DNA from: an uncultured SAR86 cluster bacterium | GTDB lineage: Bacteria > Pseudomonadota > Gammaproteobacteria > Magnimaribacterales > D2472 | Direction: 5' to 3' | NCBI GenBank assembly: GCA_902586925.1 | Contig: CACIJE010000001.1 | Span: forward strand, 590,104 to 654,103 | DNA: 64,000 nucleotides | Shown: in pieces, positions 45,178-53,978 of the stretch | How positions within the stretch are numbered: the stretch's first letter is position 1 | How the letters are laid out: each line of letters starts with the position of its first letter | The notes under the pieces: generated by a model | The model's database searches: none | What the model saw: the letters and a program-made list of their open reading frames with translations, nothing else | Told to the model about the DNA's origin: nothing | Position numbers and translations under genes: made by a program

Positions 45178-46281
45178 ATGTCAAAGAGAGACTATTATGA
45201 AACTCTTGAGGTCTCTCGCGATGCTTCGTCTAATGATTTAAAAAAAGCTTTCAAAAAGAAAGCCATGAAGTTTCACCCTGATAGAAATCCAGATAATCCT
45301 GAAGCTGCAGAAAAATTCAAAGAAGCTGCTGAAGCCTATGATGTTCTTTCAGATCCGCAAAAAAAATCTGCATATGATCAATTTGGTCATTCAGGTGTCG
45401 AAGGCATGGGAGGGGGAAGTTCAAATTTTAATGACATTAATATTAATGATATTTTTGGAGATATCTTTGGAGATGTTTTTGGAACCAGATCTCAATCTAG
45501 ACGACAAAGAAGAGGCTCAGATCTTCAATATAACCTTGAATTATCTCTTAAAGATGCTGTTCTAGGGATACAAAAGAAAATTAAAATACCTTCACACAGA
45601 GAGTGTCCCGACTGTCACGGAACCGGAGCTGCAAAAGGATCTAGCCCTGTAACCTGTATGAATTGCAATGGAACCGGACAGGTTAGAATGCAGCAAGGTT
45701 TTTTTTCTGTTCAACAAACATGTTCAGTCTGTTCTGGAACAGGCCAAATTATTAAAGAAAAATGTAGAACTTGTGGTGGAGTTGGAGCAATCAAAGAAAA
45801 TAAAACTCTATCTGTTAATATTCCTGCAGGTGTTGATAATGGAGATAAAGTTAGGCTTTCTGGAGAAGGTGAGTGGTCTAAAGGTGGCCAATCAGGTGAT
45901 CTTTATGTCGCAATAAGAGTAAAAGATGATCCTCTTTTTGAGAGAGATGGCAGACATTTGTATATAGAAGCACCAGTTCCTTTTGAAGTTTCTATTCTTG
46001 GTGGTTCTATTGAAATTCCTACTCTAGAAAAATCGATTTCATTGAAAATTCCTGCAAATACACAAACAGGAAAAGTATTTAGAATTAAATCAAAGGGCGC
46101 TTCAATTGTGCGTGATAGGAGAAGAGGTGATATTTTATGCAGAGTTGTTGTTGAAACACCGACAAATCTTAATAGAGATCAAATTAAACTTTTAAAAGAA
46201 CTTAGTTCTTCCTTAAGTCAATCAAAAAATTATCCTGGCACTGATACTTTTTTAAAAGCAGTTTCTAAAATCAAAGAATAA
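45178..46281 (+). CDS. dnaJ: molecular chaperone DnaJ
   Basis: 367 aa. J domain with HPD, a G/F region and four CxxCxGxG zinc repeats. Confidence 0.98.
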   Translation: MSKRDYYETLEVSRDASSNDLKKAFKKKAMKFHPDRNPDNPEAAEKFKEAAEAYDVLSDPQKKSAYDQFGHSGVEGMGGGSSNFNDININDIFGDIFGDVFGTRSQSRRQRRGSDLQYNLELSLKDAVLGIQKKIKIPSHRECPDCHGTGAAKGSSPVTCMNCNGTGQVRMQQGFFSVQQTCSVCSGTGQIIKEKCRTCGGVGAIKENKTLSVNIPAGVDNGDKVRLSGEGEWSKGGQSGDLYVAIRVKDDPLFERDGRHLYIEAPVPFEVSILGGSIEIPTLEKSISLKIPANTQTGKVFRIKSKGASIVRDRRRGDILCRVVVETPTNLNRDQIKLLKELSSSLSQSKNYPGTDTFLKAVSKIKE

Positions 46282-46931
46282 TGATTGAGTTATATCTAAA
46301 TGGTAAATCAGGAAAAATGGGTGAGACCATAATTAATTTAATAAAAAAAAATGAAAGATTCAATTTAACTGGTAATTTGAATATTGCAGACGTTGTAATT
46401 GATTTCTCTCATCCAGATTCTACAAAAAAAATTATTGAAGAAACGCTAGAAAAAAATGTTCCGTTAGTAATTGGAACAACTGGCCTGAACAATGAGATTC
46501 TTGATAACATAAATAAGGCGTCATTAAAAATTCCTGTAATTCAAGCTGCAAATATGAGTATCGGTGTTCATCAGCTAAAAGAATCAATAAAAAAATTTGT
46601 ATATGAAAACAAAAATAAAGTTAACTGTTATATTGAAGAAATCCATCATGTTAAAAAACTAGATAAGCCCTCTGGGACAGCAGTCGAAATTGAAAAGTTA
46701 ATAAAAAGAATTGATAAAGAAAATAACATCGATATAGTTGAAATTAGTTCAATTCGAAAAGATGATATCAATGGGATTCATAAAGTCACTTTTGTAGACA
46801 ATGATATTTCATATATTTTTAAGCACAATGCTACATCAAGAGATATTTTTGCAACAGGTGCATTGAATTGTGCAGAGAAAATAATAAATCTCCAACCAAA
46901 ACTATATTCTTTTGAAGATATTGTTAATTAA
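46281..46931 (+). CDS. dapB: 4-hydroxy-tetrahydrodipicolinate reductase, unusually short
   Basis: 216 aa. N-terminal GKSGKMG nucleotide-binding loop and EEIHHVKKLDKPSGTA matching the DapB signature E-x-HH-x-x-K-x-D-x-PSGTA. Sits in the dnaJ-dapB synteny as in Pseudomonas. Confidence 0.82.
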   Translation: MIELYLNGKSGKMGETIINLIKKNERFNLTGNLNIADVVIDFSHPDSTKKIIEETLEKNVPLVIGTTGLNNEILDNINKASLKIPVIQAANMSIGVHQLKESIKKFVYENKNKVNCYIEEIHHVKKLDKPSGTAVEIEKLIKRIDKENNIDIVEISSIRKDDINGIHKVTFVDNDISYIFKHNATSRDIFATGALNCAEKIINLQPKLYSFEDIVN

Positions 46932-47071
46932 TACAAACCTTTAAAAATTATTAAATATTCTATAGAATACACAAACTTTAAACACGAAGATTCTGTTGTT
47001 TGTAAAGTGGGGTGCTTTAAAAAGTAGGCTTTATTATAAGAATCGGAGAATAACCCCAAAGGAGAATAAAA
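46932..47071 (+). promoter_or_regulatory. rpsB 5' leader/promoter region (candidate S2 autoregulatory leader)
   Basis: At 140 nt this is the second longest spacer. TAGAAT lies at 46963-46968. A hairpin can form at 46971-47003 (ACAAAC...GTTTGT with inner AACA/TGTT). TGGGG (47008-47012) is complementary to CCCCA (47054-47058), just upstream of the SD GGAG (47061-47064). Confidence 0.35.
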
Positions 47072-47953
47072 TTGAGTATAGTTTCAATTAAAGACCTGCT
47101 TCAAGCGGGCGTTCATTTTGGTCATCAACAAAGGTTCTGGAATCCTAAAATGGATGAATTTATTTATGATACAAGAAAGCAGATTAGCATCATAAATCTT
47201 GAGATTACACAGGATCACTTGAGTGCAGCGGCTTCAAAAGTTGAAGATATTTGTTCAAAAGGAAATAAGATATTGTTTGTTGGCACTAAAAGATCTGCTA
47301 GTAAAACTATTAAAGATGAAGCTTCCAACATTGGTTTACCATATGTTGATAAAAGATGGTTGGGAGGAACTCTCACTAACTGGAAAACTATAAGAGGCTC
47401 GATTAGAAGACTTTTAGATATTGAAGAGATGATTTCTTCTGGAAGAATTGAAAGACTTATTAAAAAAGAAGCTGTTGAAATTCAAAAAGAATATACAAAA
47501 CTGAATGCAAGCGTCGGCGGTATTAAAGATATGAAAGGTTTGCCGGATGCAATTTTTGTAGTAGACGTTAAGTACGAAAAAATAGCAGTATTAGAGGCAA
47601 AAAAAATGGGAATCCCAGTAATTGGTATAGTTGATACTAATTCTGATCCAGATGGCATCGATACTATTATTCCTGCAAATGATGATGCTATTAGATCAAT
47701 AAGACTCATTACCAAGGTCATTGCTGATGCTTGTGCAAGTGGCATTGAATCTTCAAAGGGATTTGCTCCAAAATCTGATTCGCCTGTAATTCAAAAAGTT
47801 AAAAAAACAGATAAAGATCAAAGTAAAGAGGTTCAAGAAGAAATTACAGATGATTTAAAAGTTGATACTGATAGTAATGAATCTCAGATAAAAGACGATG
47901 TTGAAGATAATCAAGATGATATTTCTGAAGAAAAAAATAAAAAGGATAAGTAA
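47072..47953 (+). CDS. rpsB: 30S ribosomal protein S2
   Basis: 293 aa. TTG start with GGAG upstream. LLQAGVHFGHQQRFWNPKM motif. Acidic/lysine-rich C-terminal tail. Confidence 0.97.
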   Translation: MSIVSIKDLLQAGVHFGHQQRFWNPKMDEFIYDTRKQISIINLEITQDHLSAAASKVEDICSKGNKILFVGTKRSASKTIKDEASNIGLPYVDKRWLGGTLTNWKTIRGSIRRLLDIEEMISSGRIERLIKKEAVEIQKEYTKLNASVGGIKDMKGLPDAIFVVDVKYEKIAVLEAKKMGIPVIGIVDTNSDPDGIDTIIPANDDAIRSIRLITKVIADACASGIESSKGFAPKSDSPVIQKVKKTDKDQSKEVQEEITDDLKVDTDSNESQIKDDVEDNQDDISEEKNKKDK

Positions 47954-47955
47954 TA

Positions 47956-48813
47956 ATGGATATCAAAGCATCTCAAGTTAAGGAGTTAAGAGATAGAACA
48001 GGTGTTGCAATGATGGACTGTAAAAAAGCTTTAGTTGAATGCGAGGGGAATATAGAAAAAGCATTAGATTTTTTAAGATCAAACAGTGCACTTAAAGCAG
48101 AAAAAAAATCCTCAAGGATTGCCGCAGATGGAATGTTGATAACTTCGATCAATGATGATTATGCAACTATAGTAGAATTAAATTCTGAAACTGATTTTGC
48201 TGCGAAAGATTCTAATTTTTTATCTTTTGCTGAAAAGATTAAAGAATATATATCTCACGTTAAAATTACAGATGCATCATCCTTTCTAGATTCGCCATTA
48301 GAGGAGGAAAGAAAGTCTCTTATTCAAACAATTGGTGAAAATATTCAAATAAGGCGATTGGAAACATTAGAATTTGATTCAGATATGTGTGTCGGAGTTT
48401 ATTTACATGGTGATACAAAGCTAGGTTCGATTGTTGTTGTAAAAAATGGAAACGATTTAATTGCTAAAGATATAGCAATGCATGTTTCTGCATTCAATCC
48501 TCTATGCATATCTCAAGAAGATATGGATCAAGATGTTTTAGAGAGGGAGAGAGCAATATATCAAAATCAGGCACTTGATTCTGGAAAACCAAAAGAAATT
48601 ATGGATAAAATGGTTGAAGGAAAAGTTAAAAGATTCTTATCTGAAGTATCTTTGCTATCACAAGCATTTGTCAAAGATTCCGAAATCACAGTTAGTGCAT
48701 ATCTAGAAAAAGATAATGCAAGCGTTGTATCATTTGCAAGACTAAAAGTTGGTGAGGGTATTGAAGTAGAAACAAAAGATTTTGCTGAAGAGGTAGCTGA
48801 GCAATTAAAATAA
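47956..48813 (+). CDS. tsf: translation elongation factor Ts
   Basis: 285 aa. VKELRDRTGVAMMDCKKAL N-terminal UBA-like motif. Confidence 0.98.
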   Translation: MDIKASQVKELRDRTGVAMMDCKKALVECEGNIEKALDFLRSNSALKAEKKSSRIAADGMLITSINDDYATIVELNSETDFAAKDSNFLSFAEKIKEYISHVKITDASSFLDSPLEEERKSLIQTIGENIQIRRLETLEFDSDMCVGVYLHGDTKLGSIVVVKNGNDLIAKDIAMHVSAFNPLCISQEDMDQDVLERERAIYQNQALDSGKPKEIMDKMVEGKVKRFLSEVSLLSQAFVKDSEITVSAYLEKDNASVVSFARLKVGEGIEVETKDFAEEVAEQLK

Positions 48814-48816
48814 AAA

Positions 48817-49530
48817 ATGTCAGATTTAAAGCATAAAAGAATCCTACTTAAATTTAGTGGAGAATCTGTTGCAGGCAATGAAAAACAAGGCATAGATCCA
48901 AAAATACTAGATGATATGGCGTTTTCTGTTAAATCTTGCAGAGAGTTGAATGCAGAAATTGGCATTGTTATTGGTGGCGGTAACCTTTTCAGAGGAGAAA
49001 AACTTAATAAAGCTGGTATGGATAGAGTTGCAGGTGATCATATGGGAATGCTTGCGACTGTCATGAATGGTATTGCTCTCAGAGATGCTTTAGAAAGGGC
49101 TGGAATAAAAACAAGAGTCATGTCAGCAATCTCTATGTCTGGAATTGTCGAGCATTATGATAGAAGATTAGCTATTCAACTATTAAGCGATGGTTATGTT
49201 GTAATATTTACCGCTGGTACTGGTAATCCTTTTTTTACTACAGATACAGCTGGATGTTTAAGAGCAATAGAAACACAAGCGAATCTTATGCTTAAAGCAA
49301 CTAGAGTTGATGGAGTTTTTGATTCAGATCCAGAAATCAACAAAGATGCTAAGTTTTTTGATTCCTTATCTTTTGATGATGCTATATCAAAAAACCTCAA
49401 AGTAATGGATGCCACAGCATTAACGCTTGCAAGAGACCACGGCCTGCCCATAAATGTTTTTAATGTAAACAATCATAATGCTCTTAAAGACATAATATGT
49501 GGTAAAAAGATAGGTACACTTATATCTTAG
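48817..49530 (+). CDS. pyrH: UMP kinase
   Basis: 237 aa. KRILLKFSGE and GGGNLFRG motifs. Confidence 0.97.
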   Translation: MSDLKHKRILLKFSGESVAGNEKQGIDPKILDDMAFSVKSCRELNAEIGIVIGGGNLFRGEKLNKAGMDRVAGDHMGMLATVMNGIALRDALERAGIKTRVMSAISMSGIVEHYDRRLAIQLLSDGYVVIFTAGTGNPFFTTDTAGCLRAIETQANLMLKATRVDGVFDSDPEINKDAKFFDSLSFDDAISKNLKVMDATALTLARDHGLPINVFNVNNHNALKDIICGKKIGTLIS

Positions 49531-49531
49531 T

Positions 49532-50086
49532 ATGAATACTTTATTAAATGATGTGGCAGAAAGAATGGAAAAATCATTATCTGCTTTAAGGAGTTCTTTT
49601 AATAAGATTAGGACAGGAAGGGCAAATCCATCAATACTTGATGATGTTCATGTAGATTACTATGGCAATCAAACACCACTTAATCAGACATCAAACATCT
49701 CTGTTGAAGAGGGCAGATCATTAGTCATATCACCATGGGATAAAAATTTAATACCTGAAATTGAAAAAGCAATTCTCAGCTCTAATCTTGGACTAAATCC
49801 AAGTACCAGTTCTGATTTGATAAGAGTTACGATGCCAGCCTTAACAGAAGAGACCCGTCAAGACTATATAAAACAAGCAAGATCAGAAGCAGAAAATTCA
49901 AGGGTTTCAATTAGGAATATTAGAAGAGATGCTAATCAAACTGCAAAAGATAAACAACAAGCATCAGAAATATCAGAGGATGAGCTTCGAAGAATTGAAG
50001 ACTTAATACAAAAAGAAACTGATAAATTCATTTCAATAGTTGATTCAGATCTAAAAACTAAAGAGTCAGATTTACTCGAAATTTAG
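49532..50086 (+). CDS. frr: ribosome recycling factor
   Basis: 184 aa with RRF-like sequence. Sits in the tsf-pyrH-frr synteny. Confidence 0.97.
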   Translation: MNTLLNDVAERMEKSLSALRSSFNKIRTGRANPSILDDVHVDYYGNQTPLNQTSNISVEEGRSLVISPWDKNLIPEIEKAILSSNLGLNPSTSSDLIRVTMPALTEETRQDYIKQARSEAENSRVSIRNIRRDANQTAKDKQQASEISEDELRRIEDLIQKETDKFISIVDSDLKTKESDLLEI

Positions 50087-50095
50087 TGAGCCGAG

Positions 50096-50821
50096 ATGGC
50101 TAATTTAAACAAAGAAAATATTCCAAAGCACGTTGCAATTATCATGGATGGCAATGGCAGATGGGCTATTGAAAATTCTTTAAAAATAAGTGAAGGACAT
50201 AAAAAAGGCGTGATAACTGTCAAAGATATAGTTGAGGAATCAGTCAAACAACAGCTATCTTCTTTAACAATTTATGCATTTAGTTCTGAAAATTGGAAAA
50301 GACCAAGAGCTGAAATAAATGCTATTAAAAAATTAGTGATAGATGCTATTGATGAACAAGTTCCTGATTTAATTGAGCAAAAGGTAAGACTAAAGTTTTT
50401 TGGGCATACAAATGATTTCGGTAATAGAATTATAAAAAAAATTGATTTAGCTGAAGAAAAAACATTTGTTAAGAAAAGCAAACTAGATTTAAATGTTGCA
50501 CTTGGATATGGTGGAAAACAGGATATTGTAGATATTACGAAAAAAATATCTTCAAATATATTGAAAAATAAAATTAAGTTGCAAGATATAAATGAAAAAA
50601 TTGTTCATGAATCTTCATCTGTTCCAGTTAAGGAAATCGATCTATTAATTAGAACAGGCGGTGATAAAAGAATTAGTAACTTTCTTCTTTATCAAATAGC
50701 ATATGCTGAAATTATGTTTATAGAAAAATATTGGCCCGATTTTAGTAGAAAAGACTTTATAAAATGTTTAAGCGATTTTAAGAAAATTAAAAGAAGATTT
50801 GGGAGAAGGAAAGTTAACTAA
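50096..50821 (+). CDS. uppS: ditrans,polycis-undecaprenyl-diphosphate synthase
   Basis: 241 aa. HVAIIMDGNGRWA and FSSENWKRP motifs. Confidence 0.96.
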   Translation: MANLNKENIPKHVAIIMDGNGRWAIENSLKISEGHKKGVITVKDIVEESVKQQLSSLTIYAFSSENWKRPRAEINAIKKLVIDAIDEQVPDLIEQKVRLKFFGHTNDFGNRIIKKIDLAEEKTFVKKSKLDLNVALGYGGKQDIVDITKKISSNILKNKIKLQDINEKIVHESSSVPVKEIDLLIRTGGDKRISNFLLYQIAYAEIMFIEKYWPDFSRKDFIKCLSDFKKIKRRFGRRKVN

Positions 50822-50822
50822 T

Positions 50823-51449
50823 ATGAGAGTAATTACGGGTTTAGCCCTGGCATTTTTTGTTGTAGCTATGTTAGCTCTTCAAAATGTCTGGTTATTTGCA
50901 TCAATTATTGGTTTAGTTTGTATATATGCCCAATATGAGTGGATAAAAAATAAATTTCAAAACACTTTGTTAGGTTTTTTATTAATATTCAATTTTGGCT
51001 TTTGGTCAATATTTCTTTTACTATCTGGAACTTCATTTGGTTTTGTGGATCAATCCACACCATATTTTACATATGGGACGATTATTTTTAATACAGCATT
51101 ATTTGATACATTTGCATACATGATAGGATCAAAATATGGCAAGACATATGTAGTTAAAAAAATTAGTCCTAATAAAACATTAGAAGGTTTGATTGGAGGG
51201 TTGTTAGCATCATTATTTTTAAGTATTTTTCTAATATATATTGCTGAGGCTCATTATTGGATTGGTGTATATTTACTTCTTGGTGGCTTATTTGCTTTTT
51301 TTGGTGATCTTTTGATAAGTTACTTTAAAAGGAAAAGTGGTATCAAGGATACTGGCAGTATATTGCCAGGGCATGGAGGTGTTTTAGACCGAATTGACTC
51401 ACACCTAATCGCAACACCACTCTTAATTATTTTGGTGCTGTTTTCATAA
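50823..51449 (+). CDS. cdsA: phosphatidate cytidylyltransferase, short form
   Basis: The ORF track starts at 50799, inside uppS. ATG 50823 (MRVITGL...) follows the uppS stop. C-terminal signature SYFKRKSGIKDTGSILPGHGGVLDRIDS. Confidence 0.9.
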   Translation: MRVITGLALAFFVVAMLALQNVWLFASIIGLVCIYAQYEWIKNKFQNTLLGFLLIFNFGFWSIFLLLSGTSFGFVDQSTPYFTYGTIIFNTALFDTFAYMIGSKYGKTYVVKKISPNKTLEGLIGGLLASLFLSIFLIYIAEAHYWIGVYLLLGGLFAFFGDLLISYFKRKSGIKDTGSILPGHGGVLDRIDSHLIATPLLIILVLFS

Positions 51450-52597
51450 TGAAAAATATTCTTTTGCTAGGGGCAACTGGTAGCATTGGAGATAGTGTTC
51501 TGAATGTTATTTCTCAAAACAGAGACTTGTTTAATTTATTTGGTATTTCGTTAAACAAAAATATATCCAAATCAACGAAAATAACCAAAGAATTCTCTCC
51601 AAAATACATCCACGTCAATGAAAATGAATATTTAAAAAGCAATCAAAAAAATTCTTCAAATATTTACTTAAATGGTGATGAAGATCTCAAGAATTTAATA
51701 AATGATCAAGATGTAGACATAATTATATGTGCTATATCAGGATTTGCTGGTTTAAATGCGACATACATGTCAGCACAAACAGGAAAGAAAATATTACTGG
51801 CAAATAAAGAAAGCATTGTTGCTGGAGGAGACTTAATTTTACCATTAGCAAAAAAATATAATACTGAAATTGTTCCCATAGATAGTGAACATAACGCGAT
51901 TTTCCAATGCCTTGCAGGAGAGAGCGGTGTGGAAGATGTAAAAAAAATTACAATCACAGCATCTGGAGGACCTTTTTTAAATTCAAGTATTTCGGATTTA
52001 AAGAACGTAAGACTTCAAGAAGCACTTAATCATCCTAATTGGAATATGGGATCAAAGATTACTATTGATTCTGCAACGTTAGTAAATAAATGTTTAGAAC
52101 TTATTGAAGCAAGATACCTATTTGATCTTGATGAAAAATATTTTGATTTAGTTGTTCATCCCCAAAGCATAATTCACTCAATTGTTACTTATTTGGACGG
52201 ATCTAGTATCTGTCAGATGAGCTCTCCAGATATGAGAGTACCTATTGCTCATGCATTATCTGATAAAAGAAGAATTCCAATTAATTTTGATTCTCTTAAT
52301 TTTAGCTCTTTAAATTTGTCATTTCAGGAATTTCCTTTTGATAGAATGCAAGTTCAGAATATCGCTAGAGAAGTCTGTAATAGTGGAAGTAACCTTGGAG
52401 CAGTTTTTAATGCATCTAATGAAATTGCTGTAGAAAGTTTTATAAATGGCTTAATTAGTTTTGATAAAATTTATGATGTCATATATAGAACTTTTGATAT
52501 AAATATTATGTCTAAAGATATGTCTATAGATTCAATTAATGATATAGATAAGCAGACACGCATTGAAGCAAAGAAGGTGGTAAAATCCCTAATTTAA
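51449..52597 (+). CDS. dxr: 1-deoxy-D-xylulose 5-phosphate reductoisomerase
   Basis: 382 aa. LGATGSIG NADPH loop and LANKESIV, DSEHNAIFQC motifs. Confidence 0.97.
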   Translation: MKNILLLGATGSIGDSVLNVISQNRDLFNLFGISLNKNISKSTKITKEFSPKYIHVNENEYLKSNQKNSSNIYLNGDEDLKNLINDQDVDIIICAISGFAGLNATYMSAQTGKKILLANKESIVAGGDLILPLAKKYNTEIVPIDSEHNAIFQCLAGESGVEDVKKITITASGGPFLNSSISDLKNVRLQEALNHPNWNMGSKITIDSATLVNKCLELIEARYLFDLDEKYFDLVVHPQSIIHSIVTYLDGSSICQMSSPDMRVPIAHALSDKRRIPINFDSLNFSSLNLSFQEFPFDRMQVQNIAREVCNSGSNLGAVFNASNEIAVESFINGLISFDKIYDVIYRTFDINIMSKDMSIDSINDIDKQTRIEAKKVVKSLI

Positions 52598-52615
52598 AGA
52601 TTTAAAGGTTTAAAT

Positions 52616-53968
52616 ATGACTACAATTATATACATAGCATCATTTTTAGTCCTCCTGGGAGTTCTTGTAACAATTCATGAATTTGGTCACTTTATTGTCG
52701 CAAGAATTTGCAAGGTACATGTTCAAAGATTTTCAATTGGAATGGGACCTGTTTTTTACAAAAAAAGAGATAAACACGGAACTGAGTTTGCTCTTTCCGC
52801 AATACCATTAGGTGGTTACGTGTCAATGATTACAAACAAGCTCATTGAAATGGATCCAGAATCTGTAAAAGATTTAACAAAGGAACAATTAAAAGACACT
52901 TTTGATTCAAAGCCAAAATGGCAAAGAGCATCAATTATGTTCGCTGGTCCTTTAGCAAATTTTTTATTATCAATATTTATATTTACTGCAATCTTCTTAA
53001 ATACAACAGATCCTCAAACTGTCCCAGTGGTAGACTCAACTAATCAAAATATATCGTATTCTACAAATGAGGTATTTGAGGTTGGTGACAAAATATTATC
53101 TATTAACGGTACTTCCGTAAATGATGCAAAAGATATTAACTTAGAGCTTCTTAGTTATGCTGGATTTTCAGGCGAATTAAATTTTTCTGTATTAAGGCCC
53201 GATAATGAAAATTTAACTAATATCATAGTAAGTGTTACTAATTTCCTTCCAAACTCAGAATCACAAAATGATCCAACAAACTATCTTGGATTAGATATTT
53301 CTTACCCTATGCAACCAATAATAGGTAAGGTGATAGCAGATGGAGCTGCAGATAGAGCTGGCCTCAAATCAAATGATAAGGTTTTGAAAATTGGAAACAA
53401 AAATATTAATTTTGCAAACGAAATTCGAAGAGAGGTATCAGAGAATCCTAATGCTAGCATTGAATTTAAGATTAGAAGAAATCAAGAAATCATATATTTA
53501 CCTGTAAAAATAGGTTCTCAAGTTAATGATGAGGAAATAACAGGAGTTTTGGGTGTTTCATTTGGAACTTCAAGAACTCTTCTCGAATCATTTATAAAAG
53601 GTTCATACGAAACTTATAATTTAAGCTTAAAAACGCTTCAATTTATTGGAAAGATGCTTTCTGGAAATATGGGCACTGAAAATCTAAGTGGCCCAATAGG
53701 TATTGCTCAGATGGCAGGTGATACAGCTCAAGCTGGTTTTCTTCCATTTATGTATTTGATGGCTTTGTTAAGCATTAGCCTTGCAGTGTTAAATCTATTA
53801 CCAATACCTGTGCTTGACGGCGGTCAGCTTACTTTGCTTGGAATTGAAGCAATAAGAGGAAAACCCCTTCCAGAAAAAATAGAGAATATGGTCTTCACTG
53901 GAGGTGCTGCTATAGTAGTTATGCTGATGTTTTTTGCAATTTTTAATGATATTTCGAGATTCTTTTAG
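52616..53968 (+). CDS. rseP: RIP zinc metalloprotease RseP
   Basis: 450 aa. HEFGH zinc motif, central PDZ-like region, NLLPIPVLDGG motif. Confidence 0.95.
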   Translation: MTTIIYIASFLVLLGVLVTIHEFGHFIVARICKVHVQRFSIGMGPVFYKKRDKHGTEFALSAIPLGGYVSMITNKLIEMDPESVKDLTKEQLKDTFDSKPKWQRASIMFAGPLANFLLSIFIFTAIFLNTTDPQTVPVVDSTNQNISYSTNEVFEVGDKILSINGTSVNDAKDINLELLSYAGFSGELNFSVLRPDNENLTNIIVSVTNFLPNSESQNDPTNYLGLDISYPMQPIIGKVIADGAADRAGLKSNDKVLKIGNKNINFANEIRREVSENPNASIEFKIRRNQEIIYLPVKIGSQVNDEEITGVLGVSFGTSRTLLESFIKGSYETYNLSLKTLQFIGKMLSGNMGTENLSGPIGIAQMAGDTAQAGFLPFMYLMALLSISLAVLNLLPIPVLDGGQLTLLGIEAIRGKPLPEKIENMVFTGGAAIVVMLMFFAIFNDISRFF

Positions 53969-53978
53969 GGCAAAAGAC

